Below, in pieces: positions 54,756-64,000 of a stretch of DNA of 64,000 nt. Below the pieces are notes generated by a model. The model saw only the letters and a program-made list of their open reading frames with translations, searched no databases and was not told the DNA's origin. The translations under genes and the position numbers were made by a program. Location: sequence record OZ196212.1; one strand, written 5' to 3'. The first letter of the stretch is position 1. Every line of letters begins with the position of its first letter.

Positions 54756-56296
54756 TGTCAGGTACAAACATATTCACGCACGTAAGCGACGAAGCGCAAT
54801 ATGTTTACCTACAACCGTTCACATCACCGGGCAAGGCGTTCGAGACTGGTGGTGATGTTCAGAGTCTTTTAGAACAGATTCACGTGAACGCTCTTGAGCC
54901 GTTGCCAACTTTACCGTTCGCGACGACCGATGAGCAAGGTTCGGTCGAATACTCAACTCAAGCAGAAGCAAATGCTTTAGATGACGTTTTGACCGTATTG
55001 ACACCACAATCACTTGATGGTGTCAATACACACGTTTCTCCGTCTACGACGACTCAGTTAGGTAACTTACGCGAAGTTCGTACGAGTGATTTGACACGCG
55101 TTACTGCGTCGTCAGATGATACACGATTGATGTCATATCGTCGATTGGATGAAATGACGAGTGTACGAAATGCGTTAGCAGACGATGGTAGCGTCGAGTC
55201 TCAAGGCTTCGCTAGACATTCGACTTTATCAGAAGCACTCGCATACAACCCGACAAATTTCATTTCACCGCAAAAGACGTGGAATTTGATCAAAACCGAA
55301 ATACCAAACCCGTGGACTCAAGCAACTGAAACGGAATCTGGCGTATTACGAACGGTAGGTCAGCGAGACGCACTTAAATCAGATCGCACAATTGCAATCA
55401 CAGTTGGTGGATTGAATCACGTTAACGCTACGACATCGAAACGCGGTGCGTTCAAGATAACTGACAATAATCTAAGTCGTGATGACGAATTCGCAAACGA
55501 GTATGCGATTACACCCGCGACAATTGCAAACTTAATCGGCACAGAAACGCAGTCAGGATTCTTTTCACTACCGACTTCGTTCGCCGATGAATCTAGCGAA
55601 GTAACTAGTGCAGCACGCGGTTTCGAGTTAGGTCAAAAGCTTGGCCCAGATGGCGGTGTGATTACAGGAACATTAAACTGTGACAACATCGTATCGAAGA
55701 TCACGCAATCAGTCAAGAAAACCACGTCTGGTGGCGGTACGTATTACGTAGATGAAACACGCAAGCGCGAATTGTTCCCATCAGATCACATCGACCGTGA
55801 AATTGGATTAGAAGGGCGACCAGTTGGTAGTATATTTCACTGTACTCGCAACGTAGACCCAAACACTCAGTTCGGTGGGGTATGGTATCGCGTACAAGGC
55901 GGGCGTACTATGATCGGTGCAGGTACTGGTAATGATTACGTGAGAAAGCGTAGCTTCAGTGCAGGGTCGCAAGGTGGGAATCGTCGTGAGCGTTTAGCAG
56001 AGAAGCACTTGCCAGTTCACAAACACGCGAGTTGGGGTGAAACGTACTCAACAAAGAACAGCACATGCATAAAGTACGAAGAAGTTCGTAACCCATATGG
56101 TGTTACATATTACTGTAAAGAATATTCAACCGTCAATTACTGGAAGTTCGGTAAAACCGGCTCTAGAAATAACCCGGGAATGGGTAGCACTGACAGCGAC
56201 AACTACATGTACTACAATTCACCAGTGGGCGGCAACGGATATCACGAAAACATGATGCCGTATTACACAGTTTACATTTGGAGACGAGTTAAATGA
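54755..56296 (+). CDS. 12: short tail fibre gp12-like, copy 1
   Basis: NIFTHVSDEAQYV; ATxxxxG repeats; collar domain; PYYTVYIWRR. Confidence 0.8.
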   Translation: MSGTNIFTHVSDEAQYVYLQPFTSPGKAFETGGDVQSLLEQIHVNALEPLPTLPFATTDEQGSVEYSTQAEANALDDVLTVLTPQSLDGVNTHVSPSTTTQLGNLREVRTSDLTRVTASSDDTRLMSYRRLDEMTSVRNALADDGSVESQGFARHSTLSEALAYNPTNFISPQKTWNLIKTEIPNPWTQATETESGVLRTVGQRDALKSDRTIAITVGGLNHVNATTSKRGAFKITDNNLSRDDEFANEYAITPATIANLIGTETQSGFFSLPTSFADESSEVTSAARGFELGQKLGPDGGVITGTLNCDNIVSKITQSVKKTTSGGGTYYVDETRKRELFPSDHIDREIGLEGRPVGSIFHCTRNVDPNTQFGGVWYRVQGGRTMIGAGTGNDYVRKRSFSAGSQGGNRRERLAEKHLPVHKHASWGETYSTKNSTCIKYEEVRNPYGVTYYCKEYSTVNYWKFGKTGSRNNPGMGSTDSDNYMYYNSPVGGNGYHENMMPYYTVYIWRRVK

Positions 56297-57717
56297 CACA
56301 AAAAGGCACTCAGATTTTCGACCACGTTTTAGACAATGCGGGTACCGTGACGGTCAACGTTGAAAGTACAGCATTCGATGGATTGACGGGTGGAAATGAT
56401 GATTTACAAACTTGTCTTGAGTTGATCCAAGAACATGCAGTGATGGAGATACCGGACTTCCCAGTCGCGAGTACATCACAGCAAGGGATTACTCAACTGA
56501 GTGATGAAAGTGCAGTTGCTGACGAGACGAATGATTCGTCGGCAGTAACACCATCCGCACTTAATTACTGGTTTGAAAATCACGCAACGGCAACCGAAGT
56601 TCAGTATGGATTCGTGAAGCTGATTAGCAACAATACGATTGACACGGTCGAACCATCAGCGTCTGTAGAAGAAGCTCAGAAACACGCGTTTACGCTTCGC
56701 ACGTTGAACTATGCACTTGACAATCGCTTTTACGCGACTGAAACAGATGCAGGTGCAGTTCGTCTAGCTACAGAAGCGCAAGCAACTACAACTGGTACGC
56801 TTTCAACTACAGTGGCAATGACACCGCAACGCGTTAAGCAAATGCTGGACGTTTGGGCTAATACTACAGCATCAGATGCGAGTGAGTCAACAAAAGGTTT
56901 GATTCGTCTGGCGAATGGAACTGAAGTGAATAGCACATCAGCTTCAGAGAATGACTTAGCGATTTCACCGTATCGTTTCAACGATAGAACAGCAAGCACT
57001 TCGAGAAAGGCGGGTTTCTTTTTAGCAACTCAAGCAATCGCAGATGCGCGTACGTCAAACGAACACGCTGTTACAGTCGGGACACTTTCGTTATTTGATG
57101 CTACATCAACTCGCGTCGGTGTTGCTAAAGTTGCAAACAACTTGACGACAAATGATGCTACTCAAGCACTAAGCGCAGCGATGGGCTTTAAGCTGAACAA
57201 CGAGAAGATCGGTGCACCGGGTGGTACAGTCAACGGGACACTGAACATTAACAACGTTCAGTCTGTGGCGGGCGTTCAGTTGATGCAAAATGGCTTGATT
57301 ACATCGCGTGCGATGTTAAACATGTATCCAGTAGGGGCGATTTACATGAGCGTATCTAGCACTTCTCCCGCTACGCTATTTGGCGGCGGCTGGTCGAGAA
57401 TTGCTAACGGTCGAGTTCTCGTTTCAGAGGGTTCATATGACGGTAAAACGTTCAGTGTCCGATCACAAGGCGGTGAGTATGCAGTTACGCTAACTGAAAG
57501 CACTATGCCAACGCATAAGCACGCAGGTTGGGGCGAACACTATGATGGCAATGGTATCGGATTCGGTGTAGCTAAACAATATGGGCGTAATAACCCAGGG
57601 TCGAAAAAGACCGACAGTGATAACTACTTGTATTACTCAGAGCCAAAAGGTGGTAGTGAAGCTCACCCGAACATTCAGCCGTATTACACGGTTTATATGT
57701 GGGAACGAACTTCTTAA
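56293..57717 (+). CDS. 12: short tail fibre gp12-like, copy 2
   Basis: ATETDAGAVRLAT repeats; MYPVGAIY collar; QPYYTVYMWER. Confidence 0.8.
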   Translation: MTQKGTQIFDHVLDNAGTVTVNVESTAFDGLTGGNDDLQTCLELIQEHAVMEIPDFPVASTSQQGITQLSDESAVADETNDSSAVTPSALNYWFENHATATEVQYGFVKLISNNTIDTVEPSASVEEAQKHAFTLRTLNYALDNRFYATETDAGAVRLATEAQATTTGTLSTTVAMTPQRVKQMLDVWANTTASDASESTKGLIRLANGTEVNSTSASENDLAISPYRFNDRTASTSRKAGFFLATQAIADARTSNEHAVTVGTLSLFDATSTRVGVAKVANNLTTNDATQALSAAMGFKLNNEKIGAPGGTVNGTLNINNVQSVAGVQLMQNGLITSRAMLNMYPVGAIYMSVSSTSPATLFGGGWSRIANGRVLVSEGSYDGKTFSVRSQGGEYAVTLTESTMPTHKHAGWGEHYDGNGIGFGVAKQYGRNNPGSKKTDSDNYLYYSEPKGGSEAHPNIQPYYTVYMWERTS

Positions 57718-57816
57718 AGACAAGCATAGTATACATTGAAAGTCAATGAAATTAAACGGGTGAGACAAGTTCTTGCCCGTTTTTGTATCTGAAGAATCCA
57801 GAGCGAAGCGAAAGAA

Positions 57817-57884
57817 TGGACGAGGCGGAAAAATTCCGCATCATCTTAGTAGTATTAGGGGTTTTAGTGAAGTTAGGGATATTA
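57817..57884 (-). repeat. 68-bp repeat, copy 2 (inverted)
   Basis: reverse complement matches 31873-31940. Confidence 0.9.
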
Positions 57885-58023
57885 GTATTATTAGTATAAA
57901 TACCTTGTTTAACTCAGTTCGCTTGACTGCTAAAATAGACGCATAAAGACAATCCCTTCTTGATCCTTTGTATTGCTATAAATAGTAGTAAGCTATGTTC
58001 ATTTACAATACAAGGGAACAAAC

Positions 58024-59685
58024 ATGACAATTCAAAAGCCTATCATTGAAGAGCTTAGATATGTAAATGGTCAACCAGATCCATCACTTCGTCCCGACCA
58101 AACTCGAATCAATTGGGCGAAAAACGGTGAAAGCATTCTTGGTGCTACTGGTGACACGACTTCTGACGGCGTACTTAACCGTGCTCCTGTGCAGATTCAA
58201 GAAAACATTCTGAACTCTCATAACAACACTAAAGCACAGCAAGAAACAATCGGTCAGCTTGTTGATACTGTAAACGAACTAACAGGCGGCGAAGATGCTG
58301 ACTTGGGTTCGCGTATGACAACTGCGGAGTTTGATATCAACGTTCTTGAGACTGAAGTTAATAATCTTCAATCTGACGTTGGCGCGGCATCAACAGAGAC
58401 TGCACTTGCTACTGGCATTCATCTAACAACTGAAAATATTGTTGATGACATTGGTGTTCGTAATCCACAAGATATCCCAAATGACGTTGAGAACAACGAC
58501 ACTGTACGCAAAGACTTGTACTTCATCAAGCGTCGTATCGGTAACGACCGTAACTATGACGTGAACGGCAATTTAGTTCCTGATACTGCACCTACGGGTA
58601 TGAAGTTTCAGATTGATGACTTGTACAACAAAGTAGCGACCGTCAACCAAGAGATTGGCGAGAACGTTACACCGGGTACGATCAATGGTCGATTGACTGA
58701 TCTTGAGCAGAATTCACAAGCAGGGTCTGTTACTGCAATTCGTGCAGAACTAGGCGATTCGGCTGACGCAGTTGAAGGGCGTTCGGTATACTTGCGTCTT
58801 GATGACATCGAAAGTCAAAATGCTGATTTTGTGATCGATATTGCTGCACTTGATGCAACTCTAGTGACTCCTGTTACTGGTCTTGTTCCGCGTGTTACTG
58901 CGCTAGAAACTGAAGTTGCGGGCGCGATTTCACAAGCAGATGCAAACGAATTGAGCATCACAACGATTTCTAACGACGTTGGTGTGTATTCAGTAGGCGA
59001 CACGTACTCTTCTACGATTAAAGAGCGTCTAAGCTCACACAGCACTGATTTGACATCATTGTGGACTCGTGTCGGTGCGACAGATGACGATATCGGCTCA
59101 ATCGGCAATCGAGTTAAAGAACTTGAATCAACCGTCGGTGATGTGAACTCACCTGCTGAATTTACAGCATGGTATGAAATCGCTCAGAATGCAGGTGATA
59201 TTGTTCAGCTACGTGCAGATGTCGATGCTATGGGGCCGTCTACATTACAAACACGTCTGGCAACGCTTGAAGCTGCCGAAGCTGCCGCTCTTATTGCGTC
59301 AGAAACGCCAGATGAAATCACAATCCCGACGACGCTAACTAACGTTGTTGATGTGATTGACGAAGAAGTTGAACTAGTCGGATACACATTTGTCGATGGT
59401 GCGTTGATTAGTAATGCTGCACGCACTGCTCCATTGACGATTGCATGGGTTATGTACGAACCGCACAGTCACACTCATTTGATCACGATTCGAGTTGAGA
59501 TCACTCACCCTGATACTTCAGTTGAGATTCATGATTATACTCGTAAGTTGCGCGGTAATCTAGTGACACCTATTGCGATTTCTCATACTGCTACGTTAGT
59601 GGCTGGTAGTGCAGTGAAAGTTTATGTTCAATCGGATTCAGTTGGTAGTTCAGTTGAGCACGATTCGCTATTCATTCGAATTTAA
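58024..59685 (+). CDS. wac: fibritin/whisker
   Basis: YVNGQP...QTRINWAKNGE...DGVLNRAPVQIQEN followed by coiled coils. Confidence 0.88.
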   Translation: MTIQKPIIEELRYVNGQPDPSLRPDQTRINWAKNGESILGATGDTTSDGVLNRAPVQIQENILNSHNNTKAQQETIGQLVDTVNELTGGEDADLGSRMTTAEFDINVLETEVNNLQSDVGAASTETALATGIHLTTENIVDDIGVRNPQDIPNDVENNDTVRKDLYFIKRRIGNDRNYDVNGNLVPDTAPTGMKFQIDDLYNKVATVNQEIGENVTPGTINGRLTDLEQNSQAGSVTAIRAELGDSADAVEGRSVYLRLDDIESQNADFVIDIAALDATLVTPVTGLVPRVTALETEVAGAISQADANELSITTISNDVGVYSVGDTYSSTIKERLSSHSTDLTSLWTRVGATDDDIGSIGNRVKELESTVGDVNSPAEFTAWYEIAQNAGDIVQLRADVDAMGPSTLQTRLATLEAAEAAALIASETPDEITIPTTLTNVVDVIDEEVELVGYTFVDGALISNAARTAPLTIAWVMYEPHSHTHLITIRVEITHPDTSVEIHDYTRKLRGNLVTPIAISHTATLVAGSAVKVYVQSDSVGSSVEHDSLFIRI

Positions 59686-59696
59686 GAGGTAAGGTC

Positions 59697-60626
59697 ATGA
59701 ACACATATAATGCAACTTCTCCACGTGAAATGAAAGACCTGATTTTAAGGCGCCTTGGTGCGCCTATTGTCAACGTCGAAGTGACCGAAGACCAAGTGTA
59801 CGACTGTATTTCTCGTGCGCTTGAGTTGTTCATTGAATATCACCCAGACGGTGTTAATAAAACGTACTCAATCATCACATTATCAGCCGAGCAAGCAGCA
59901 TCGGGTATCATTCAGTTAGATATCCCTGCCGAAGCTGTGACTAAGATTCTTCGAGGTGAAAGCACGTTCTGGACTATGGACGGTAACGCAACTTACTCAT
60001 GGTTCAGTGACTTCTTGACTGGTCTTGCAGGCGGTGCAATGGGCAATGGCTCATGTAACTCATACCACAACGGCATGTTGGGTGGCTCAAGTGGTCTATC
60101 TGACTATTGGAACTTGATGAGCTACAAAAACACGATGATGGACATTCTATCACCTGAGCATGATTACTGGTACAACTCGGTGAGTAAAACGCTGAAGCTA
60201 AATGCCAACTTGCAAGAGGGTGAAATAGTTGTTGTTGAAGCATTCGTTCCGACTGCGCTACTAGTTCAAGAATCTGGTACTGGTCTGATTGGTAACAGTG
60301 CTGCGACAATCGGCTCATATGAGGACGTATCATCACAGCAAGCGTTCGATGACCCGTACAGCATTTTGCGTCAGAACAACACAATCGGTAACCCGAATCA
60401 GTACGCTGAACAAAACGCGTATTCTGTGCGTTGGGTTAAAGATATGGCAACTGCTTTCACTAAGCAGATGAACGGTATTGTTCTTAAAAAGCATCAAGGC
60501 TTACAACTACCCGGTGGTATCACAGTTGACGGTAAAGAGATTTACGAAGAAGCAAGTCAAGAGATTGAGCGTCTACGTGAAGAACTAATGTCATTGACTC
60601 AGCCATTAGGCGTATACATAGGGTAA
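59697..60626 (+). CDS. 13: neck protein gp13
   Basis: MKDLILRRLGAPIVNVEVTEDQVYDCI; LPGGITVDG. Confidence 0.95.
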   Translation: MNTYNATSPREMKDLILRRLGAPIVNVEVTEDQVYDCISRALELFIEYHPDGVNKTYSIITLSAEQAASGIIQLDIPAEAVTKILRGESTFWTMDGNATYSWFSDFLTGLAGGAMGNGSCNSYHNGMLGGSSGLSDYWNLMSYKNTMMDILSPEHDYWYNSVSKTLKLNANLQEGEIVVVEAFVPTALLVQESGTGLIGNSAATIGSYEDVSSQQAFDDPYSILRQNNTIGNPNQYAEQNAYSVRWVKDMATAFTKQMNGIVLKKHQGLQLPGGITVDGKEIYEEASQEIERLREELMSLTQPLGVYIG

Positions 60627-60630
60627 TATC

Positions 60631-61461
60631 ATGAGCGCATACGACAATAATTCTGGTAGTATGTTCGCGAAATTGGAAAATCAGAAGGGCTTTGACAAGA
60701 TCTATGATGATCATCTTGTCAACCCTCATTTCAATTGGATGAACCACACCAACGAACAAAACTTAGCCGATATGCTTGTCGCTGAGTCAATCATCAACCG
60801 CGGTGTTGAGTGTGTTTACATTCGACGCACGATGGAAAACGTAGATCTAGTATTCGGTGAAGATCCGCTGAGTCGATTTACGAGTCACTTCAGAATGGCG
60901 TTGTATGTTGAATCATTTGACGGCTGGGATGGTGATGGTGACTGGTTTAGTAAGTTCGGCTTTCAAGTTAACGATGAAATGGACGTGTGTATCAACCCAC
61001 GACTGTTCATTCAACAAGGCGACGGCAACAACCCGTTGATGGGCGATTTGATTTACTTCCCTGCTGCGAACGGCTTGTTCGAGATCAGTTGGGTTGAGAA
61101 AGAAAACCCGTGGTATCAAGCAGGTGCTTTGCCAATGCGTAAGCTGAAGATGACTAAATTCGTTTACTCTGGGGAAGAGATCGCACTGGAACGCCCTGAG
61201 GCAGTTATTGACTCGATTGATGACATTCTTAACTTCGGTGAGGACACAGACGAAATGATCGATATTGATAGAATCAACGCGTTGAACGACACGTGGGATA
61301 TCGGTAACGAACAAGGCGAAGAAATGGCGCAAATCGAAGATGAGGTTGATGAGTTCTATCAAGGCGAGCAAGTTGCTCCGAATGGTAGTGACGTGCAGCC
61401 ATCTACACCGTCGCCAGCGCCAATGGGCTTCGGTAATTCACAAAATCCATTTGACAATTAA
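60631..61461 (+). CDS. 14: neck protein gp14
   Basis: DLVFGEDPLSRF; SKFGFQVNDE; PLMGDLIYFP. Confidence 0.95.
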   Translation: MSAYDNNSGSMFAKLENQKGFDKIYDDHLVNPHFNWMNHTNEQNLADMLVAESIINRGVECVYIRRTMENVDLVFGEDPLSRFTSHFRMALYVESFDGWDGDGDWFSKFGFQVNDEMDVCINPRLFIQQGDGNNPLMGDLIYFPAANGLFEISWVEKENPWYQAGALPMRKLKMTKFVYSGEEIALERPEAVIDSIDDILNFGEDTDEMIDIDRINALNDTWDIGNEQGEEMAQIEDEVDEFYQGEQVAPNGSDVQPSTPSPAPMGFGNSQNPFDN

Positions 61462-61470
61462 GGGGGCGAC

Positions 61471-62784
61471 GTGAAGGGTTATTTTTATCATAACTCGATA
61501 CGAAAGTACATTCTCTTGATGGGTAATTTGTTTTCTGGCATCTATGTTGCACGCGGTGACGCGTATCGCAAGGTGCCGATTACAGTCTCATCAAAGGAGC
61601 ACTTTGTTGCTGCTTTGAATTCTCAAGAGTTGAACGGCGACGGGAACATGGCATTAGTAGCCACGAAGTTGCCGCGTATCGGTCTAGATATGGTGTCGTG
61701 TACATACGATTCCACTAGAAAAACAAACGTAACGAATCGCAAGTTGACGCGTGATTTAAGTGCTGATCGACCAGCCATGAACAAGCTATTCAATCCGGTT
61801 CCTTACGATTTTGAATTTGAAGTGAGCGTGTACACGCGTCATCAAGACGATGCATTTCAAATCATAGAACAGATTTTACCATACTTTCAGCCCCAATTCA
61901 ATACAATGATCAAAGAGCTGAATGAAAGCGAAGTGTTAATCGATGAGCGTGACATCCCTATCATCTTAGAATCTGCCGTCCCTGAGACGACATTCGAAGG
62001 CAGTGCGGGTGAAATGCGTCATATCGAATGGACACTTAACATGCGTCTGAAGGGTTGGCTATACCCGCCTACAAACGTACAATTCGGTGAAATCAGAACG
62101 ATTTACCTCGACTTCAATGAAGAAGAGAAAGAGATTATTCACGCAGAACGTGAGCCGGTTAGTAATACTACCGTACTGGCGTATGCAATACGCGAAGCAA
62201 TCGGTCTAGACTCGACGGTAGCATGGCGCTCTAGCATCGATTCGATGATGGGAATGTCGTGGAACACTCGTGCTGAACTTGAGCGTGACGTTGATATCGA
62301 CTGGTTCAGACGACCTCAAATTACAAGTGAATACGATATTTTAGCAAATATTCGAAACTCTATGCAAAGCGATATTGTATATGATTGGGGAACGTCACCG
62401 GTAGTTGATTCTGATATGAACGCTTCTTGGAATATTCGTTCTGACGTGGGCGTTGATACTGACATCGACTGGTATCATATGTCATCAGTTCATCATGAGA
62501 ATGTCGTGGCTTATGACCACCTCGCTGTGATTGGCTCATCGTCTAATGTACAGTGGGATTCAGGTGATGTTGTTGATAGTGAGATTGGTGTCGATTGGAA
62601 CGTTCGTGAGTCTGCCGTTCGTGAGTTTAATTTAACATATGAGTCGTTGGGCACAGTGTTTAATGACTTCGGTGTTAACTGGAATGCAGCGGGCTTGGTT
62701 TCTAATTATAACCAACAGATCTTCTTTATCGGTGATAGAATCCCGATTACTAACACGCTTGATGTTGACTACATCATCGAATAA
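61471..62784 (+). CDS. 15: tail sheath terminator gp15 with ~220-aa C-terminal extension
   Basis: YFYHNSIRKY...LPRI...QIIEQILPYFQP. Confidence 0.9.
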   Translation: MKGYFYHNSIRKYILLMGNLFSGIYVARGDAYRKVPITVSSKEHFVAALNSQELNGDGNMALVATKLPRIGLDMVSCTYDSTRKTNVTNRKLTRDLSADRPAMNKLFNPVPYDFEFEVSVYTRHQDDAFQIIEQILPYFQPQFNTMIKELNESEVLIDERDIPIILESAVPETTFEGSAGEMRHIEWTLNMRLKGWLYPPTNVQFGEIRTIYLDFNEEEKEIIHAEREPVSNTTVLAYAIREAIGLDSTVAWRSSIDSMMGMSWNTRAELERDVDIDWFRRPQITSEYDILANIRNSMQSDIVYDWGTSPVVDSDMNASWNIRSDVGVDTDIDWYHMSSVHHENVVAYDHLAVIGSSSNVQWDSGDVVDSEIGVDWNVRESAVREFNLTYESLGTVFNDFGVNWNAAGLVSNYNQQIFFIGDRIPITNTLDVDYIIE

Positions 62785-62835
62785 ATAAATGGTCTTCTAA
62801 ATAAGAAGACCACCTTTTTAAATTGGAGAACCCTA

Positions 62836-63384
62836 ATGGCTATTATAGCAGGTGATTTGAAATTCAAAAGAAGTCTGCACACAGTTGCAGCAAGCGTAGG
62901 AAATGGCAACACGCATGATTCGGAGGTTGATTCTCTGGGTGGTGGTGTTAGCGCAGTTGAGTTGGTGTCAAATCAACTGCATGATTTGTTTGATGCTGTA
63001 CCGTCTGCTGAATCAGCGGCGGGTCGCGTTGAATATCGTTGCTTCTACGTTCAAAACGAACACGCATCACTGACGTTGTATGATTCTAAAGTATTCATAT
63101 CAAACAACACTGCGTCGGTTGATTCGCTTATTGAAATCGCACTCGATCCCGTTGCAGTAAACGGTGAAGACAGTTCGATTTTACTAGACGACGAAACAGA
63201 TTCTGGTTCACATTTGACTGCATTGACATTCGTTGATGCGCCATCATTTGAATCTGGTCTAGATATCGGTAATCTAGCAGCGGGTGAGCAGCGTGCTATT
63301 TGGATTAAGCGTACTATTAACGCAGGCGCTGCCGCAGCGGCTGAAGATGCTACAATCGCAATTCGCGGCGACACTGACGCGTAA
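62836..63384 (+). CDS. late structural hypothetical protein
   Basis: TAAATA upstream, GGAG RBS; DLFDAV...GRVEYRCFYVQN. Confidence 0.7.
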   Translation: MAIIAGDLKFKRSLHTVAASVGNGNTHDSEVDSLGGGVSAVELVSNQLHDLFDAVPSAESAAGRVEYRCFYVQNEHASLTLYDSKVFISNNTASVDSLIEIALDPVAVNGEDSSILLDDETDSGSHLTALTFVDAPSFESGLDIGNLAAGEQRAIWIKRTINAGAAAAAEDATIAIRGDTDA

Positions 63385-63495
63385 TGCAGCAATTAAACGC
63401 TGTGTGCTTAACGTACGCAGCGTTTATCTATTTTATTGAGTGTTTGTACTCATATTATTGACGAGACGCTTACAGAGCGTTTTAGAGAGGAATGT

Positions 63496-64000
63496 ATGGA
63501 CGAAGAAATGATGCGTCAGCTACAGGCTTTGACTAACGTTGATGAACTAGGATTGCCCGGGGCTATTGAAGCACCTGAGCCGGAAGAATTCGTTCCGCCA
63601 GTTATCAAGTCGGTTGAGAGTAATCCTAGCGAACGTGTTCGAGATCTTGAGTCTGATTATGCAACCGTACGTGATAATGCACACTTTCAACAGCAACTTT
63701 TGAGAATGGCAGCACTGAAAGCGTTCGAGAACGCGAGTATGTCAGACGCACCGAGAATGATGGAAGTATTTGCTGGGTTGATGACTCAAATGACGAACAA
63801 CAACAAGCAAATTTTAGATATTCAGAAACAAATGAAAGACATTACGCAGCAAGAGATCGCGCCTACACAAGGTGGCGGTGGAACTGTGCAGTCTATCAAT
63901 GCAGAAACGGCAGTATTTGTTGGTAACGCTAGAGACTTATTGAATGAAGTCGGCTCGCGTCAAGAATATCTCAGAGAACAACGTAATAATGAGGTGATTG
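63496..64000 (+). CDS. 16: small terminase gp16 (runs off the window)
   Basis: DYATVRDNAHFQQQLL...PRMMEVFAGLMTQMT. Confidence 0.9.
   Translation, partial: MDEEMMRQLQALTNVDELGLPGAIEAPEPEEFVPPVIKSVESNPSERVRDLESDYATVRDNAHFQQQLLRMAALKAFENASMSDAPRMMEVFAGLMTQMTNNNKQILDIQKQMKDITQQEIAPTQGGGGTVQSINAETAVFVGNARDLLNEVGSRQEYLREQRNNEVI

Noticed and set aside
32521-63392. Antisense ORFs of 60-150 aa opposite structural genes
   Set aside because: They are codon-symmetry artefacts of long real genes.

Overview
64-kb segment of a large T4-like myophage genome (Straboviridae-type gene content; host not shown by the sequence). Left to right: an accessory block (ART-fold protein, M15 endolysin, PhoH, AsiA, Tad2); a minus-strand block of four tail fibre/adhesin genes; a YkuK-like RNase H-fold gene, a DUF2828/vWA (TROVE/Ro60-like) gene and a GIY-YIG endonuclease; small hypothetical genes; and a ~9-kb minus-strand RNA island. 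The island holds 26 tRNAs covering all 20 amino acids, many non-tRNA structured RNAs and small late genes carrying T4-type capsid-targeting sequences. It is followed by 57B(Acb1)-57A-1-3-29-51-26-54-2-4, 48-53-27-5-PAAR-25-6-7-8-9-10-11-12-12-wac-13-14-15 and a truncated gp16. Main discovery: about a dozen RNA elements in the island share a covarying stem flanked by (A)CAGCAA on one strand and ACG...(U/A)G on the other. The motif replaces or interrupts the anticodon arm of tRNA scaffolds, closes circularly permuted YrlA-like tRNA mimics, and its CAGCAA half overlaps the RBS/start codon of the DUF2828/vWA gene. This suggests a phage Ro60/Y-RNA-like ribonucleoprotein system that I do not know to be described. 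All family assignments come from motif recognition by eye; no searches were run.
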